This document shows, in pieces, positions 39,520 to 53,189 of a DNA stretch of 64,000 nucleotides. Made by a program: the position numbers and the translations under genes. The notes under the pieces were generated by a model. It saw only the letters and a program-made list of their open reading frames with translations, was not told where the DNA came from and made no database searches. How positions within the stretch are numbered: position 1 is the stretch's first letter; the number at the start of each line of letters is the position of its first letter. Source of the DNA: Leucoraja ocellata (Eukaryota); NCBI GenBank assembly GCA_036785375.1, contig JAWMAR010000123.1:1984001-2048000 (forward strand). The letters run 5' to 3'.

Positions 39520-41680
39520 CATCCTCGCCAATGGTGGGACTTCCATATGCACCTGTCAGTGAAGGCTTTCTCCTGCCGAGGTTCCAGCAGTGCTTGGAAT
39601 ATTCAGGATGTCTTTCCCTTACTCAGCAGGGGGAAAGCAAGAGGGAATGGATGATTAGGGAACATTGAGGAAACCAGTCACCTGGTATTTGCCGTGAGAC
39701 TGTCAGCTGCTAAACTAATACCTGAAAAATTAAAAGACTGGTGGCTTTTTATGTTTTGAACAGTTAGCAGTATTCTTGATAGCATTTCTGATTGAAAAGA
39801 CTACTACAGAAACTACTATTTAGGCATCAGTCTTAAGCCCATTTATTCCTTGCTAATTATTAATATCCCCATGCATCATGATATAGACTGCAGCATTCGG
39901 TACAACAACCTATTGTTGAGCTGACTTGACTTATGCCGTAACATCACCTTTCTCCCACTTTCCTTGGATCCGAAGCATCAAAATTATCAACAGAACTGAG
40001 CTCTTGTGGACAATATTAAAAATGGATTCTCAAATGGAAAATTGCCTAAATCATCTTGTTTTAAGAAATATTCTTCCTGGTGCGTTCCAGATTTGGATTG
40101 TCTATGAATCCAGTTTTTTATATATATTTATAATATATATATTATATACATAAAGTCATCACAGGAGAAGCGATCTATATTATTTCAGCCCTCAGCCATA
40201 ACCACTTGTCCCCAGTCCTCCTAGTTGATGAGGAGGGATTTTTTTTAATGAATTGTATATCACCAACCAGCATTGCTAACTGAAGTTTCTTTAATCAATT
40301 TTCTTTATTATTGCATCAGTTATTTACATGACGTAAGGGATAAATACTTTATTGTATATTAAAAGTGGCAACGCTCGACAAAGCGACTTATGTTGGTTTT
40401 TATGCTACCAGAACTTTTGCAACGTAAAGGGTATGAATTACATTCCACTTTATTAGTTAAAACTGGGCTGAGGTGAACATTCTAGTATAGCCAACTGCAA
40501 TTATTAAAATATAACATTGAAGAGCGTTGTCCTCAGTTATGTCTTTCTATCCATAAGATGAATTATGACTATATTAAATTGAGATAGTTGAGAACCCCTG
40601 ATTGACTCTTAAGGAGTTTGAATTCAATGTATGATTTTTACATGTAATTTTAATGATAGGAAATGTTCTACGGATCCTTTACATTCATGTGAGTTTTAAT
40701 ATATTTATAACTTGTTGCATTCTTGTCGAATGATAGTATTTCTGTAATGGGAGCACCTGTTGATAAAGCAACCTTATTTTTTTTGCCCTGCACTGCTGCC
40801 TATCAGTTGAAAGAGCATCATCCGACAGGAAGGTATCTTGAAATGGTGCTTTGTACAGTTCTGGGTGAGGCGTGATATATAAATCTGAGGCTAATACTGT
40901 GATGATTTCAACTTTTTAAGTTAATCGTATTTTAACTTTTTAAACCACTTTTTGCACATCTTAGGATTTTAGTTCTGTTCGGTCTATTGACCCCATTCCA
41001 TCCCTCCTCATTCTAAAATAACAGGACGACAGCTGACATCCCATTGATATAAGAGTTCCCAGTGGATACTTAAAACTGTCTCATCTTAATAAGTGCTCAG
41101 TGCGCACACACAGTCTCTTATTTTTCATGATCTATTTTAAAACAATATATAACACTATGCCTAAGCTTATCAATGGCAGATTTAAAATGAGCTGTAACAT
41201 AGAAGTAAAAGACAAAGTTGGCCAGTGGTGCTCTTGTAATAAAACGCATGCTTCATCATACAGCTGACAACATCCAGCATGCTCCCCTCACTTCACAGAC
41301 TTGAAATATGCTGTAAAAATTGAATAATACATTGAAGCAGACAGGAGCAGTTCACTGTACGTAACACTTCAGTTAATAGAATATTGTCTACCAGTTGTTA
41401 AAATCTTTTTTTATATATAGATGTAATTAGTTTACAATTAATCCCTTGGCTTTACTTCCCAGTTCTTAAAACACCATATTTTATTTTGTTTTAGATTTTT
41501 CTCATTTCCATTTTATTTGTATTTATTACAGAGTGTTTTAGCATCGTTAACACATTGTATTTCACCCCAGCTGTTACATGGGCTTTAATAATTTAAAAAA
41601 AACTAATAAAACTGTGTGGAAACAAACTTTCATGTATGTACCCATGCAGAATGAGCAATAAAGTGTATGCTGTTTGCACA
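39520..41680 (+). other. SMURF2: SMURF2 3'UTR (approximate end)
   Basis: AT-rich, largely repeat-free sequence after the stop codon, ending near clustered AATAAA hexamers. Confidence 0.65.
41605..41662 (+). terminator. Candidate SMURF2 polyadenylation signals (AATAAA at 41605-41610 and 41657-41662; a proximal one at 41238-41243)
   Basis: Canonical hexamers followed by T/GT-rich sequence; usage not verifiable from DNA. Confidence 0.55.
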
Positions 41681-42019
41681 CTCAGCATAAACAGTTCAAT
41701 TTTATGTCTGCCTTCTGTAAGTTGTTCATTAAATCAATATTTTAAAACTGATATCCAACAATGGGTTGGTCCTGAAACACAATTCCTTCAATTTACCATT
41801 TAACATTTAATTTAAACTAATTAGTAAGGCAACTAAATTAAAACGACACTTCTAGGATGCATCTAAAGTCTTTCACTGATTCACTGTTTTTTGCCAGTAT
41901 AGAGTTGAAAATGTTCTACAGTTAATCTTGGTATTCGTGTTTTGTTTACTACAATGTTCACTTTTCTGTCAACTTTACAGGATTCATTCCTAACTCCTGG
42001 ATCTCTCCATATCTATTAC

Positions 42020-43000
42020 AAACCTATAGAATTACAACTATAGTTAGAGTTCTGCTTCCTCCTACCTGTCTCCTGTAAAGACTCTGTTGCTGTTATATCT
42101 GCTCTGGCAATTTGACAAGTGCATCTGAAACGTTTGCCTTACTGATCCATTGCTTCCTCTCTGCCAAAGTGGGCAGAGCCCCAAACTAAATTCCATCTAC
42201 TTTCTGCTGTGCTCCTTCCCCCTCTGTCCCGGTGCTCTCCTTTCACCACAGCAATCTCCATATTCCACGGATCACCCGTTGGTCATTTCTGTCACCTAAA
42301 GCAAAATGACACCAACAAAATCACATGCCCCTTTCCCTTCCCTTTGAGCATTTTGATGGAACTGTTCCCTTTGCAACTCTATGGTGCAGTGTTCTATCCA
42401 CACCATTCACTGCATCCTGAGACCAGTGCAAAAACACAATATCTGTCCTTTCACATCTTGCCATCTTCCAGGTAGTGTTTGCAGGTGAAGCTGCAATTTG
42501 CTTGCACCTGCAATCCAGTGTACTGCAGTCAGTTGTTCACAATGTGGCTTCTATGTTGGAGAAACTGAAAGCAGATTGGGTGACCACTTTGTAGACTGAA
42601 CATAGGGTGACCCTGAACCTGTGCCATCCCTGTGATCCCCTGCCATCGTTACAAGAAGACCGAACTCAAGTTTGACGAGCAGTATCTCACCTCTCTGTGT
42701 ACATTACAGCCTCCTGGAATTAATATTGAAATCTCCAACTTCCATTTAACTTATTTTCTATCCATGTCGGAGCTGGGCATTTTTGTTGTGTTATTCGTCT
42801 ATGCTATTGTGTAAGTAGATGAAATTCAGTTTTTTTTTGTTTATCCCCCTTTCCATTAGCTCAACCTGGTGTGCGATCTGTAACAGATCACAGTTCCTTG
42901 TGATCCATTAACAACTTTTTGACTGCCCACAGATGCAGTCTGAGCTGCAGGATTTACCAGCATCTTTTTGTTTCAGATTTCCAGCATCTGCAGGGTTTTT
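42020..43000 (+). mobile_element. Penelope-like element, decayed GIY-YIG endonuclease region and 3' tail
   Basis: Translation VYC...CSQCGFYVGETESRLGDHF and KFDEQYL...TLQPPGINIEISNF, followed by the same tail as the mini-elements. Confidence 0.75.
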
Positions 43001-43738
43001 TTTTTGAGTTTCTGATTCGTATCCCTGATTTTGAATGGGTTCCCGAACTTGACTACAGGGAGCAGATGTAATCTAAGGTGACAACACTCAAGAATTGTTC
43101 TGTAATCTTTAGTAAGTAAATCAACCTAATGCTATTCGTACATGGTGTATATATTTCCTTGAACATCTTTTTTGATTGGAGTAGGTGATGGGAGTCTCTG
43201 TGAAAAGCTTCAACCAGAGCTTGGCACTTAATGTCAAGTGAAAGCAGAATCAGGTTCACCAGATGGAATTGGCTTTGTGCCACATTGTGTGATCTATTTT
43301 CTTATTTAGTTCTTATCATCCTGGACCAGATCACTCAATTGTTGCCCTCACTCAATGCTGCACCATTTAAGTGTCGGCTTATTGATCAATTGCACATCAC
43401 TGGTTCTCATCAGGACAAAATGCAAGAAAATATAATTTCTAGGTAGGAAAAGTCTTTCAAAGCCAGTACTTTCACAGAAAATAATATGGGTCGCAGGCAC
43501 AGTCAGTATTCATACCAACCACTTTATGAGGATAAGGTTTCTTTAATCCATGTTAGAAATTGCATTAATTCTTCACAATGGTAATAATGAAATTTATAGA
43601 TTCATACAGGGAAGAAAAAGAGCTATTCATTTAATCAAGGCTATTAACACACTGGTGTTCAAATTGTTCATTAAACTGTGTCCTCCGATTATTGCTCATC
43701 CAATCTCTAGTTTATTCGCTGAAAATGTGTTAGCAATG

Positions 43739-43950
43739 ATAGACACAGAAACCTGGAGGAACTCAGTGGGACAGGCAGCTTCTCTGGAGAAAAGGAACGG
43801 GTGACATTTCGGGTCGAGACCCTTCTGTCTCGACCCGAAACTTCACCCATCCCTTCTCTCCAGAGATGCTGCCTGTCCTGCTGAGTTACTCCAGGTTTTT
43901 GTGTCTATCTTCGGTTTAAACCAGCATCTGCAGTTCCTTCCCACACGACA
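43739..43950. mobile_element. Fold-back Penelope-derived mini-element with perfect 12-bp TSD
   Basis: ~82-nt inverted arms centred on 43821-43826; GTGTTAGCAATG at 43727-43738 and 43951-43962. Confidence 0.85.
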
Positions 43951-44690
43951 GTGTTAGCAATGGTCACTATAATTTATGAAATGTCTATGACTATAAAATG
44001 TCTCTATTATATCACCTCTTATCCTCTGCTGTTCTCCCCATAACTGAAATATCATGACCCAGGTATCATCCTGGCACTCCTCCAAGATCTTTGCAAAGTT
44101 TGGAGAAAGCTCCAGAATGGTCACATTATTCTTTCGAGGCCTTAACAAATGGTTTAGGAAAGTTTGTAACAGCTTCGTTACTTTTCTACATTATGCCTCT
44201 ATTTGTGAAGACAAATGTACTGCTTAGTGTCAGGTCCCAGCATCCTTACGCTAAAATTATTCTTTTGGGTTTATTGCCTAAATTGTCGATATTCCATGAT
44301 GGACACTCTGAAATGATGTGTCAGTTTTTTAATTTAATTATCCTAATTATGATTCTTCCTAGGAAGTAGAATGACATTGAATTGTCCTAATGTATCAGTT
44401 GGTTAATTTGTATCTCTGTGGCTTTTTGCAACCTGTTCATTTGTTACTGTTTAGATTTTGTTTCTCATCCAAATTGAAATGACCATTATTTGCCTTTTTA
44501 ATTCATAGCATTTCCATTCCAGTACTGAATAATGAGTAACTCAAACACACACAGCTATAGAATGATTAAATATTCAGATTCCAATTTTGACTCCCAACAT
44601 AAGGAACATAACCATTCATTATTTTTACATAATTACAAAGAAATTATATGAAGCCATTAATTTGTATTCCTGTGCCTGAACAATAAAAGA

Positions 44691-44822
44691 AGTCTGAAGA
44701 AGGGTCTCGACCCAAAATGTCACCCATTCCTTCTCTCCAGAGATGCTGCCTGTCCCGCTGAATTACTCCAGCATTTTGTATCTACCTTCGATTTAAACCA
44801 GCATCTGCCATTCTTTCCTACA
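44691..44822 (+). mobile_element. Penelope-derived mini-element, single arm
   Basis: CTGAAGAAGGGTCTCGACCCAAAATGTC followed by the family tail. Confidence 0.8.
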
Positions 44823-46447
44823 AATAAAATAATTCATTGGTTTCTAAACATCATTGAACAAAAGATGTAAGTAGCATCACATCAAAGATAAGCTGTTGAT
44901 TTGATTTTGTTTTTTTCCCTTCAACGAGGAAAGGGAAGAACTTAAACCATTTTACAGTCACAAAGTACTTGCAGCACAAAAAGTTAATTTAGCTCAGCAG
45001 GTCCAGGCCAGTGTTTATATTTCACATGGTTCTTCTCTCAATCCGTCATGGTATCTTTCATTTCTTTTCTCCCTATGCTTGTATGGCTTGGCACTGATGC
45101 CTGTTATTCTTTTTCCAGTTATTGCCTCTGGCCGCAAGTTCTACATTGTCACAAATCTCTGCTGAAAGAATTTCTCCTGAATTTCCGGTTAAATTTATTC
45201 GTGACCACCTTGTATAAAGACCCATGGTTCTCTTCACCACCTTAGAAACCTCTCAGGCTGGTTTGGCAAACATCCGTAATCATGGTCTGTTAGATTGCCA
45301 CCCAGTTTTTCCACTGAGAAAAGGGCCCCAATTGTTGAATATTTTTTGATATGTGAAAGCCTCCTCAGTTCTGATATCATTACATCTTTGATGCTTCTAT
45401 ATTCTTTATGATTATATCACCAAAATTGTTGACAGTACAATATGAATGTTCCATTTTAATGTTCGTGCCATTTCGGTGCTAATATGCAAAGCTATAAAGT
45501 AACAACTAACATTTGTCAGTGAAATTGGATCAATAAGGTGAACTGAGATTTGGCTGAAATAAATTAACAGAGAATGCAATGTAAGCAAAGTTGTTAAATT
45601 AGAAGGAAATAAAAATATTGCTGCCACAATATTTTATGGATTAGGAGAAACGGCCTGTGCAAAAATTGAAGTGATTAAAGGTATGACGGCTATGTATTAA
45701 AACGCCAACCTGTGTCTAAATACAGGTGACGTTACACATAATCTTTGTACACAGCACGCTTTAGCCTAACTGTTTGACCGGCTCATCGTTGAAGCACAAA
45801 ATGTTGGCAGTGTAACAATGCAGAGAAACACGAGGTATTGTAACCGTTTCTGCTGAAAATGAGAAGCAGGGTCGGGATTGTGAAGAATTGACAGATGATA
45901 CTGTTTCTGAGTGTTCAATATGATATTAATAAAAAGTTAGAAATGTAAGGAAATCCCACAAAGCAGAGATTAAGATTAAAATTAAAATACAAAATTCTCT
46001 CTTACGAACCTTGCAAAATCAGGATCTTCAAATATTTGAGTGAAAATAGTTGGTGAATGGATCATATTAAGGGAGGATGAATGAGCAAAGGTGCAGAATT
46101 TAAGTGGGTGGAATGTGGAGGGAAAATATCTTTAAGGGACAGTGTGACTCATGCATGGAATTATTTTAAATGTAGGATTTTTATTTTGATATCGCTCACC
46201 ACAGAAATTGTACTTAATGTTCAGATATAACGGCAACAAGTCTCTTGGTGGCTGTCTGGCTCTGCACTGCTGGAAGCAGTCCTTGAAATGGCTCTAAAAC
46301 ATCAAAATGGAACTTGGGTGGTAGAAGGAGAATTGTAATGAGTTCAGGGAGGAATTTATAAAACACCATTTGTCATGGGGACATCCACTTCCTTGGTAAT
46401 TTTTACATGAAGAAGCTGTCATGAAAGTAACATTTTTTTAAAACGTT

Positions 46448-46700
46448 TTAGACAATAGGTTCAGGCCATTTGGCCCTTCGAGCCAGCACCGACCGCCATT
46501 CAATGTGATCATGGCTGATCATCCCCAATCAGTACCCCGTTCCTGCCTTCTCCCCATATCCCCCGACTCCGCTATTTAGCTAGAGCCCTATCTAGCTCTC
46601 TCTTGAAAGCATCCAGAGAAACTGCCTCCACCGCCCTCTGAGACAGAGAATGGCGCAGACTCACCACTCTGTGAGGAAAAAGTGTTTCCTCGTCTCCGTT
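46448..46700 (-). mobile_element. CR1-type LINE 3' end
   Basis: Tail nearly identical to the 61240 copy. Confidence 0.85.
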
Positions 46701-46879
46701 CACCGTTTTCCTGTGTGTGGCAAAGTAAAGCATGGAATGAGAACGGGCTGGGATGTTTTGCTGAGTTTAGGATTTGTTCAGAATATTTTCAGTTGTCTTG
46801 GTAAAATTGGTTTGTTTGTTATATAAAGCTTAAGTTAATAAGATGCATTCATTTTAGGTTTTGCTGGGTGCATCAGGTT

Positions 46880-47310
46880 AAAGGGTACAGAGATTTTACA
46901 AGGGTGTTGCCAGGGCTAGAGCTATAGGGAAAGTAGGCTGGGTCTCTATTCCTTGGATTGGAGGAGGATATGGGGTGATCTTATTGAGGCGCATAAAATC
47001 ATGAGAGGAATAGATCGGGTAGATGCACAGTCGTTTGCCCAGAGTAGGTGAATCGAGGACCAGAAGACATAAGTTTAAGGGGAGATGAGAAAGTTTTAAT
47101 AGGAATCTGAGGGGCAACTTCACACAAAGGGTGCAAGGAAACAAGCTGCCAGAGGCAGAGACTATCCCAACATTTAAGAAACAGACAGGTACATGGATAG
47201 GACAGGTTTGGAGGGATATGGATCGAACGCGGGCAGGTGGGACTAGTGCAGCTCGGAGATGTTGGGTAAGTAGGGCCGAAGGGCCAATTTCCACACTGTA
47301 TCACTCTGAC
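46880..47310 (+). mobile_element. CR1-type LINE 3' fragment (second subfamily)
   Basis: agggtacagagattttacaaggg...ggggtgatcttattgagg...gggccgaagggcc tail. Confidence 0.8.
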
Positions 47311-48169
47311 AAAATCAAAATAACAAAATAATCAGGTCAATGTGAGGGACCTATGCACCGCCTCAGTCGGGTGTTAATCCGAACCCTCCTATAGCCTGAG
47401 TGTATACTCAGCCATTTGGAATGCAAGGATAAAAGCAGGAATTAACTGCTTTTAAGAGGTGGTTTATTTACACTTGCACAAATCTACTCTTCAATCAGCC
47501 AGGAAATATGTTCATTTTTGTTGCTAAACTGATCCATCACAACATAGTGATTGGATACCATGTGCAGTTACTGCTGGCAATGTACAAAGCACCATTTATT
47601 TTGGGGGTGGTGGTGGGAAGATTTTCGAAGTTTAGGTTTTGGACTTGATTAAAATCAAAACAATTTCGTCCTAGATCCACTGATCTAGTGCTTATTATAA
47701 AATGCTATCCAAAGTAATTCCCACATCCCATCCTTAATTATTTCCCTCCCAATAACAGTTCACTGTTTCACTTTAAATAATTCTAGTTTTGCAGTTGTCG
47801 GTGCAGTGATTTGTTTGCAGATTATTTTGTTTTCCTCTACTGATTGGCAGTGTGCAAAATGTAATCAGATTTATTTTTAATTTTAGCAACTTGGGTGCTG
47901 CTCTTTATAAGGAAGTTAATCAAGGAGGGCAACAGCACAGCAATAAAACATGAAGATCAGTATCAATAAGCTGTCAAAACTATTTTCAAATGGTCACAGT
48001 GAAGGCGGCTGTGATCACAACTCTTCCCTCTAGCGAGACTTACTGTTTTCACGATTCCACTTTGTTCCATCCAGGATTGCAGCTGGTTTCTGAAGTATCA
48101 CAAACAACTACTTTCATCACTGATGATGTGTGCAGGAGCATCAATTATTTTTATCAATCACATTGGGGC

Positions 48170-48750
48170 AAGATAGAAACATCGAAAATAGGTGCAGGAG
48201 GAGGCCATTCGGCCCATCGAGCCAGCACTGCCATTCATTGTGATCATGGCTGATCGTCCCCTATCAATAACCCTTGCCTGCCTTCTCCCCATATCCCTTG
48301 ACGCCACTAACCCCTAGTGCTCTATCTAACTCTCTTAAATCCAACCAGTGATTTGGCCTCCACTGCCCTCTGTGGCAGGGAATTCCATAAATTCACAACT
48401 CTGAGTGAAAAAGTTTTTTCTCACCTCAGTCTTAAATGGCCTCCCCTTTATTCTAAGACTGTGGCCCCTGGTTCTGGACTCACCCAACATTGGGAACATT
48501 TTTCCTGCATCTAGCTTGTCCAGTCCTTTTGTAATTTTATATGTTTCTATAAGATCCCCTCATCCTTCTAAACTCCAGTGAATACAAGCCTAGTCTTTTC
48601 AATCTTTCCTCATATGACAGTCCCGCCATCCCAGGGATCAATCTCCTGAACCTACGCTGCACTGCCTCAATCACAAGGATGTCCTTCCTCAAATTAGGAG
48701 ACCAAAACTGTACACAATACTCCAGATGTGGTCTCACCAGAGCCCTATCT
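48170..48750 (-). mobile_element. CR1-type LINE 3' fragment
   Basis: [63 protein letters not shown]. Confidence 0.92.
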
Positions 48751-49367
48751 GTTTGACCAGATACTTCAACTGACGTCTGCTATCATCTCCCCTCCAACAA
48801 ATGGGTGACAATATCACTGCTCTTATTCAACAATAGCTGAACAGCTGTTGTCAGCCCAAATGTGAGGCAATGACCTGGCTCAGGCATACAACATGGACAT
48901 AGACAAAACTTCAAATAAAGACAAGGAACTGCAGATGCTGGAATCTTGGGTGGAACACAAAGTGCTGGATTAGCATCTCTAAAAGACATGGATAGGTGAT
49001 GTTTCAGGCCAGGTCTCTTCAGTCTGACAAGATAGGTCACCTACCTTGCTTCACATAAGGCCTCAATGACCTGTTACAGTGTTGATTAATGCTGCTTTTT
49101 GTGTCCTTCAATACAAACTCATGACAAATATTCTGATTAATATTTTATAATCTAATTGATTTGAAAATGTGGTTATGGTGTGGTTAGACAAAGTTGTACA
49201 AATCTGAGTGGATGATTAGATAATAGTGAGTTTTTCCAAACTGATGCACCTTGCAAAACAATGTCCTTGCTTGCCTCGATGCCGAGACCCTGCATAAAAA
49301 CAAACCAGGAAAGTGTACTACCTTGAGATCACTAAGTGTTTACTTAGAAATATGGGTAACAAAACAA

Positions 49368-49386
49368 TTTAATAAATTAGTTTAAT
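49368..49386 (-). terminator. Candidate CEP95 polyadenylation signals (two ATTAAA hexamers)
   Basis: TTTAAT on + at 49368-49373 and 49381-49386, about 530 nt after the stop, followed by T/GT-rich sequence on the minus strand. Confidence 0.45.
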
Positions 49387-49914
49387 AAAACATGATCACA
49401 TAGAAAAATTGTTAATGCAACTTTCAATAAGCTAGTCTAGTTATCCACTGTACAAGATAAATGTACAAAGTAATTTTGAGCTATGCAGTATTATTGTCAA
49501 ATGGAGATATTATGTAAACATCCATGTATAGATAACACCAGGGTCGAACAGGTAAAAGCATGGCTGAAATCCAGCCAGTGCTTCAGGCTCCTACTAGAGC
49601 AAAAAGATTTGAGCACTAATTCAGCATAGATCTTGGGAGAATTTCAATATTTCTATTAAAACATCTCTGCCGCCAACATCGTACATAAAGTCTTCATGGA
49701 GAGTACAGCGGTAAACTTAGACGACCTGAAATTACCTGGTCCTATTTATATTTTAAGTTGAGGATTTGTTAAAAGAAAAGCAAGAATTTAAATCAGAGTC
49801 CACCATCTGACCCTGCTGTAGTTGAATGTACATCTGAGATATAGTTATTGTGCTTTCATTAGTTCAGCCCTTTAAGAAAATGCACAAGCACTCAGCCCAC
49901 TGTGTGGCAAATGT

Positions 49915-50091
49915 TTACAGTGATGGAGTCTTGCTGTACTGAAATGACGCCATCTGTAGTTGACTCTGAAGTCGCTCGGCCTCCAGTTCTCTGAAGTACA
50001 CGTTGTCATCATCCCGGGTAATCATGTCCTGCAGTTCACGGATTTCTTTCTCCATCTTGGCACGCAGTTCATTTTTCAACTTTTGGAGTGC
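49915..50091 (-). CDS. CEP95: CEP95 last coding exon: [58 protein letters not shown]
   Basis: ccttgcag|GCA acceptor, TAA at 49917-49915. Confidence 0.94.
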   Translation of the reverse strand, partial: ALQKLKNELRAKMEKEIRELQDMITRDDDNVYFRELEAERLQSQLQMASFQYSKTPSL

Positions 50092-50609
50092 CTGCAAGGA
50101 AGCAAACAATTGACAACACAGACCACAAATGTTAGCAATGTTCACCTGCAACATCTTGTTTCTGTGGTTAGAATATTAGTGATTCAAATCTCAAATCTGT
50201 GAATGTTTCAATAATGCTTTAATCAGAGAATGAAATTAAATATCAATAACTATTTACACTATTAAGATATGCCAACTAAAAGTAGGTCTATTACAGCAAG
50301 CAAAACAAAGTACTGGAGTAGCTCAGCAGCTGTGGAGGGAATGGGCAGGTGACATTTCGCACTAAAAGGGTCCCAACTTGAAACATTGCCTGTCCATTCC
50401 CTCTGCAGATGTTGCCAGACCTCTGGCATTCTTCCAGCAGTCATTTTGCTCAAGATTCCATCACCTGCAGTTCCTTGTGTCTATTTATTGTGATGACTCC
50501 TTGCAGTGAAATATTGTACTAAAGGCCAAGTTTACAATTTACAGATGCTAACTATTCTTTTCACATTTATAGTTAAATTTCACAAATCTTTGAAAGCTTT
50601 CACACTAAA

Positions 50610-50860
50610 GCTTAAGCGATTTAATAGGAATCAGAGGGGTAACTTTTTCACACAAAGATTGGTGGGTGCATGGAACAAGCTGCCAGAGGAAGTAGTTGAG
50701 ACAGGTACTATTGCAAAATTTAAGAAACATTTTGACGGGGACATGGATAGGACAAGTTGAGGGATATGGATCAAACGCAGGTAGGTGGGACTAGTGTAGC
50801 TAGGACGTGTGGGCAAGTTGAGCCGAAGGGCATGTTTCCACACTGGTTTAATAGCTTGCA
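50610..50860 (+). mobile_element. CR1-type LINE 3' tail
   Basis: RFNRNQRGNFFTQRLVGAWNKLPEEVVE...FKKHFD C-terminus. Confidence 0.8.
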
Positions 50861-51214
50861 TTGACTGTCCCCCTTCAACTACTCTCCTGAGAACTGCAAA
50901 AATATTAATGATTCAATTATACTTAGCATTTCACTGCAAGTGACAGTTTTGCATACAACCTGATAAAATTGACCCAGTTAATTAAACAGGATTTCCTTTT
51001 CTTAACTCAATTGCCTCTACTCAATCGTGGTCTGAATGTTTTGATCACATCCTTTTTAATATTCCATTGTTTACTAATGACTCAGATCGCCCCCTCCTTT
51101 CTCAAACAGTGACATGATTTTTTGCTATCCTCTTTGCAGAGGACTGATGGGATTGTTTTGCTGAAAGCTAACAAAAGACAGATATCCAAATCCTGTGCCA
51201 TGGAATGACAGTAC

Positions 51215-51286
51215 CTTATTTTGTGCCGTCTCTTGCATGTGAACTTTCTGCTGCTCTTGTGCCAGAGTCTCCGCCAACATTAAAAA
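51215..51286 (-). CDS. CEP95: CEP95 exon: FLMLAETLAQEQQKVHMQETAQNK
   Basis: aatctag|TTT, AAG|gtactg, 72 nt. Confidence 0.92.
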
Positions 51287-51625
51287 CTAGATTGAAAAAT
51301 AGATCTCCGTTAAATAAGTGAATTTTCAAATTGTGATGTTAATTGCAATGCAATACAATGATTTTTATCACATAAAACTTAATTCTGCTTTTGTCAAGAT
51401 ATGCTGTTATACTGACTTCATGACTAAGGTTTCATATGACAATCAAAATCTACCTGCAATTAGTGACAAAAACTAGACAGGACCTAGGGCTGTAACAGGC
51501 TACACAAAGTACTTGGTTGGCTATGAAGGACTTTGGGAAGTTCAAAGGCTCAATGTAAATTAAAGTTATTCTTGATGGTCAACTTTTATACATAGCAGTT
51601 TCAGATTACAGTGGTTTCCAAATAC

Positions 51626-51772
51626 CTGATCTCGATAATAATTCTCCATTGACTGTAACTCTTCCTTTTGCCGTATCTTGTGTTCTTGCCGTTTCTCTTT
51701 AGCGTAAGCCTTCAATTCACGCAATCTCTGCTTCTGAATGTCCAAACCACCCTCAAACAAGTTTTTGAAAAT
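51626..51772 (-). CDS. CEP95: CEP95 exon: [49 protein letters not shown]
   Basis: ctaaag|ATT, CAG|gtattt, 147 nt. Confidence 0.94.
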
Positions 51773-52939
51773 CTTTAGCATTGGGTAAATAATGTACATG
51801 TTAGATTAGTCACGACAGTAAACAAGCGTGCAGTAAGTATCTATACTAGAAATAATGATTGCCGAGGTGTTATGACAATAGTTCTCACTGGTGTTACAAC
51901 TGTACTGTTGGAGGCTAGTCTCAAAACCATTTGAGATAATCATATCTATAACTGATTAATTTACTCATTTTCCTTAAGACAATTTCTCACGAACACATCT
52001 GTGGCAGTAACTGAAGTAAGCACATGCTGTCAAAGAATTAATCAATTCTGCACAGACAGTACCAAAGGCCTGGATTGAACCTGGGTTACTGAGCGAATAA
52101 GTTCAAATCAATTGTGAATAACTGTGATCCCAACACCACACGCTACATCACACTAACAAGAAAATGACCCCTTATGCTTACTCTTAGAAGTCACTCTATT
52201 CACTAATACATTACAATCTACAGCAATTTTTAAAAAATACAATAATTCCAGATGTACATCCTAACAGATGCACTCTGGAAATGTAATGATAGTACATTTT
52301 GTCCCTCTTCTGTTTCACCCACAACACTTTAGTTCTTCAAAAAAAACTTCAATAAATTGGTCAAATGATCTCTCGTTGACAAAACCATGTTGACTCTTTG
52401 CCTGAGCAGCTCTGAAAAATTCTCCCGTGTGTGGAGAGGAATAAAAGGAGCCAGTGTCAGTGACCTCTCCCACTCCACCGGACCCAGCATTTCCACACGC
52501 AGGTCAGTGTTTGCATGTCCTAACCAGACTCCCCAGACATACACACTCACTACTCTCATGGGACAGGGAAACGATTCAAGGATGTGGTCAAACTCCTTTT
52601 CAAAACAAAACGCAACATCCCCATTCAGGAAATATAGTCCATTCATTGAGAAGCTCAGCCTATCCAGCAGACAGTGTTCCACCTCACAAATACGCACTGG
52701 CCCGGAATGTGTAAGGTTCTACAGCTTGCATTTCAGCCTCTCATCCCAGAGCTCACAAGGACTGGAATGGAAGCAAATAGGCCCATATTAAATAAATGCC
52801 TAAAAAAAAAAAAAATGATAACCTTGCTTGGTACCCCACCAAACAGCTTCAATAATAGTATCTAACATTGTCCTACAGTCTATAGCTTTCACCATCACCA
52901 TCGCTAATTTGTAAGTTGTAATCCTGATCATGGCTCCAA

Positions 52940-53057
52940 CATTATGGGGAGAAGGCAGGAACGGGATACTGATGGGGGATGATCAACCATGATCACATTG
53001 AATGGCGGTGCTGGCTCGAAGGGTCGAATGGCCTACTCCTGCACCTATTGTCTATTA
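52940..53057 (+). mobile_element. CR1-type LINE 3' tail
   Basis: ggggagaaggcaggaacggg...ggcctactcctgcacctattgtctatt. Confidence 0.8.
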
Positions 53058-53189
53058 ACTCATTGTCACTGGCCAATTTTACCATCGCGTCATGGATCCA
53101 GATATTGTCAAACATCTAGCCCAGCATCAAATGTACAAGTCCCATCAATCCTGATTGATGATTCCTCAATATTTAAACGTTGCATGCTA

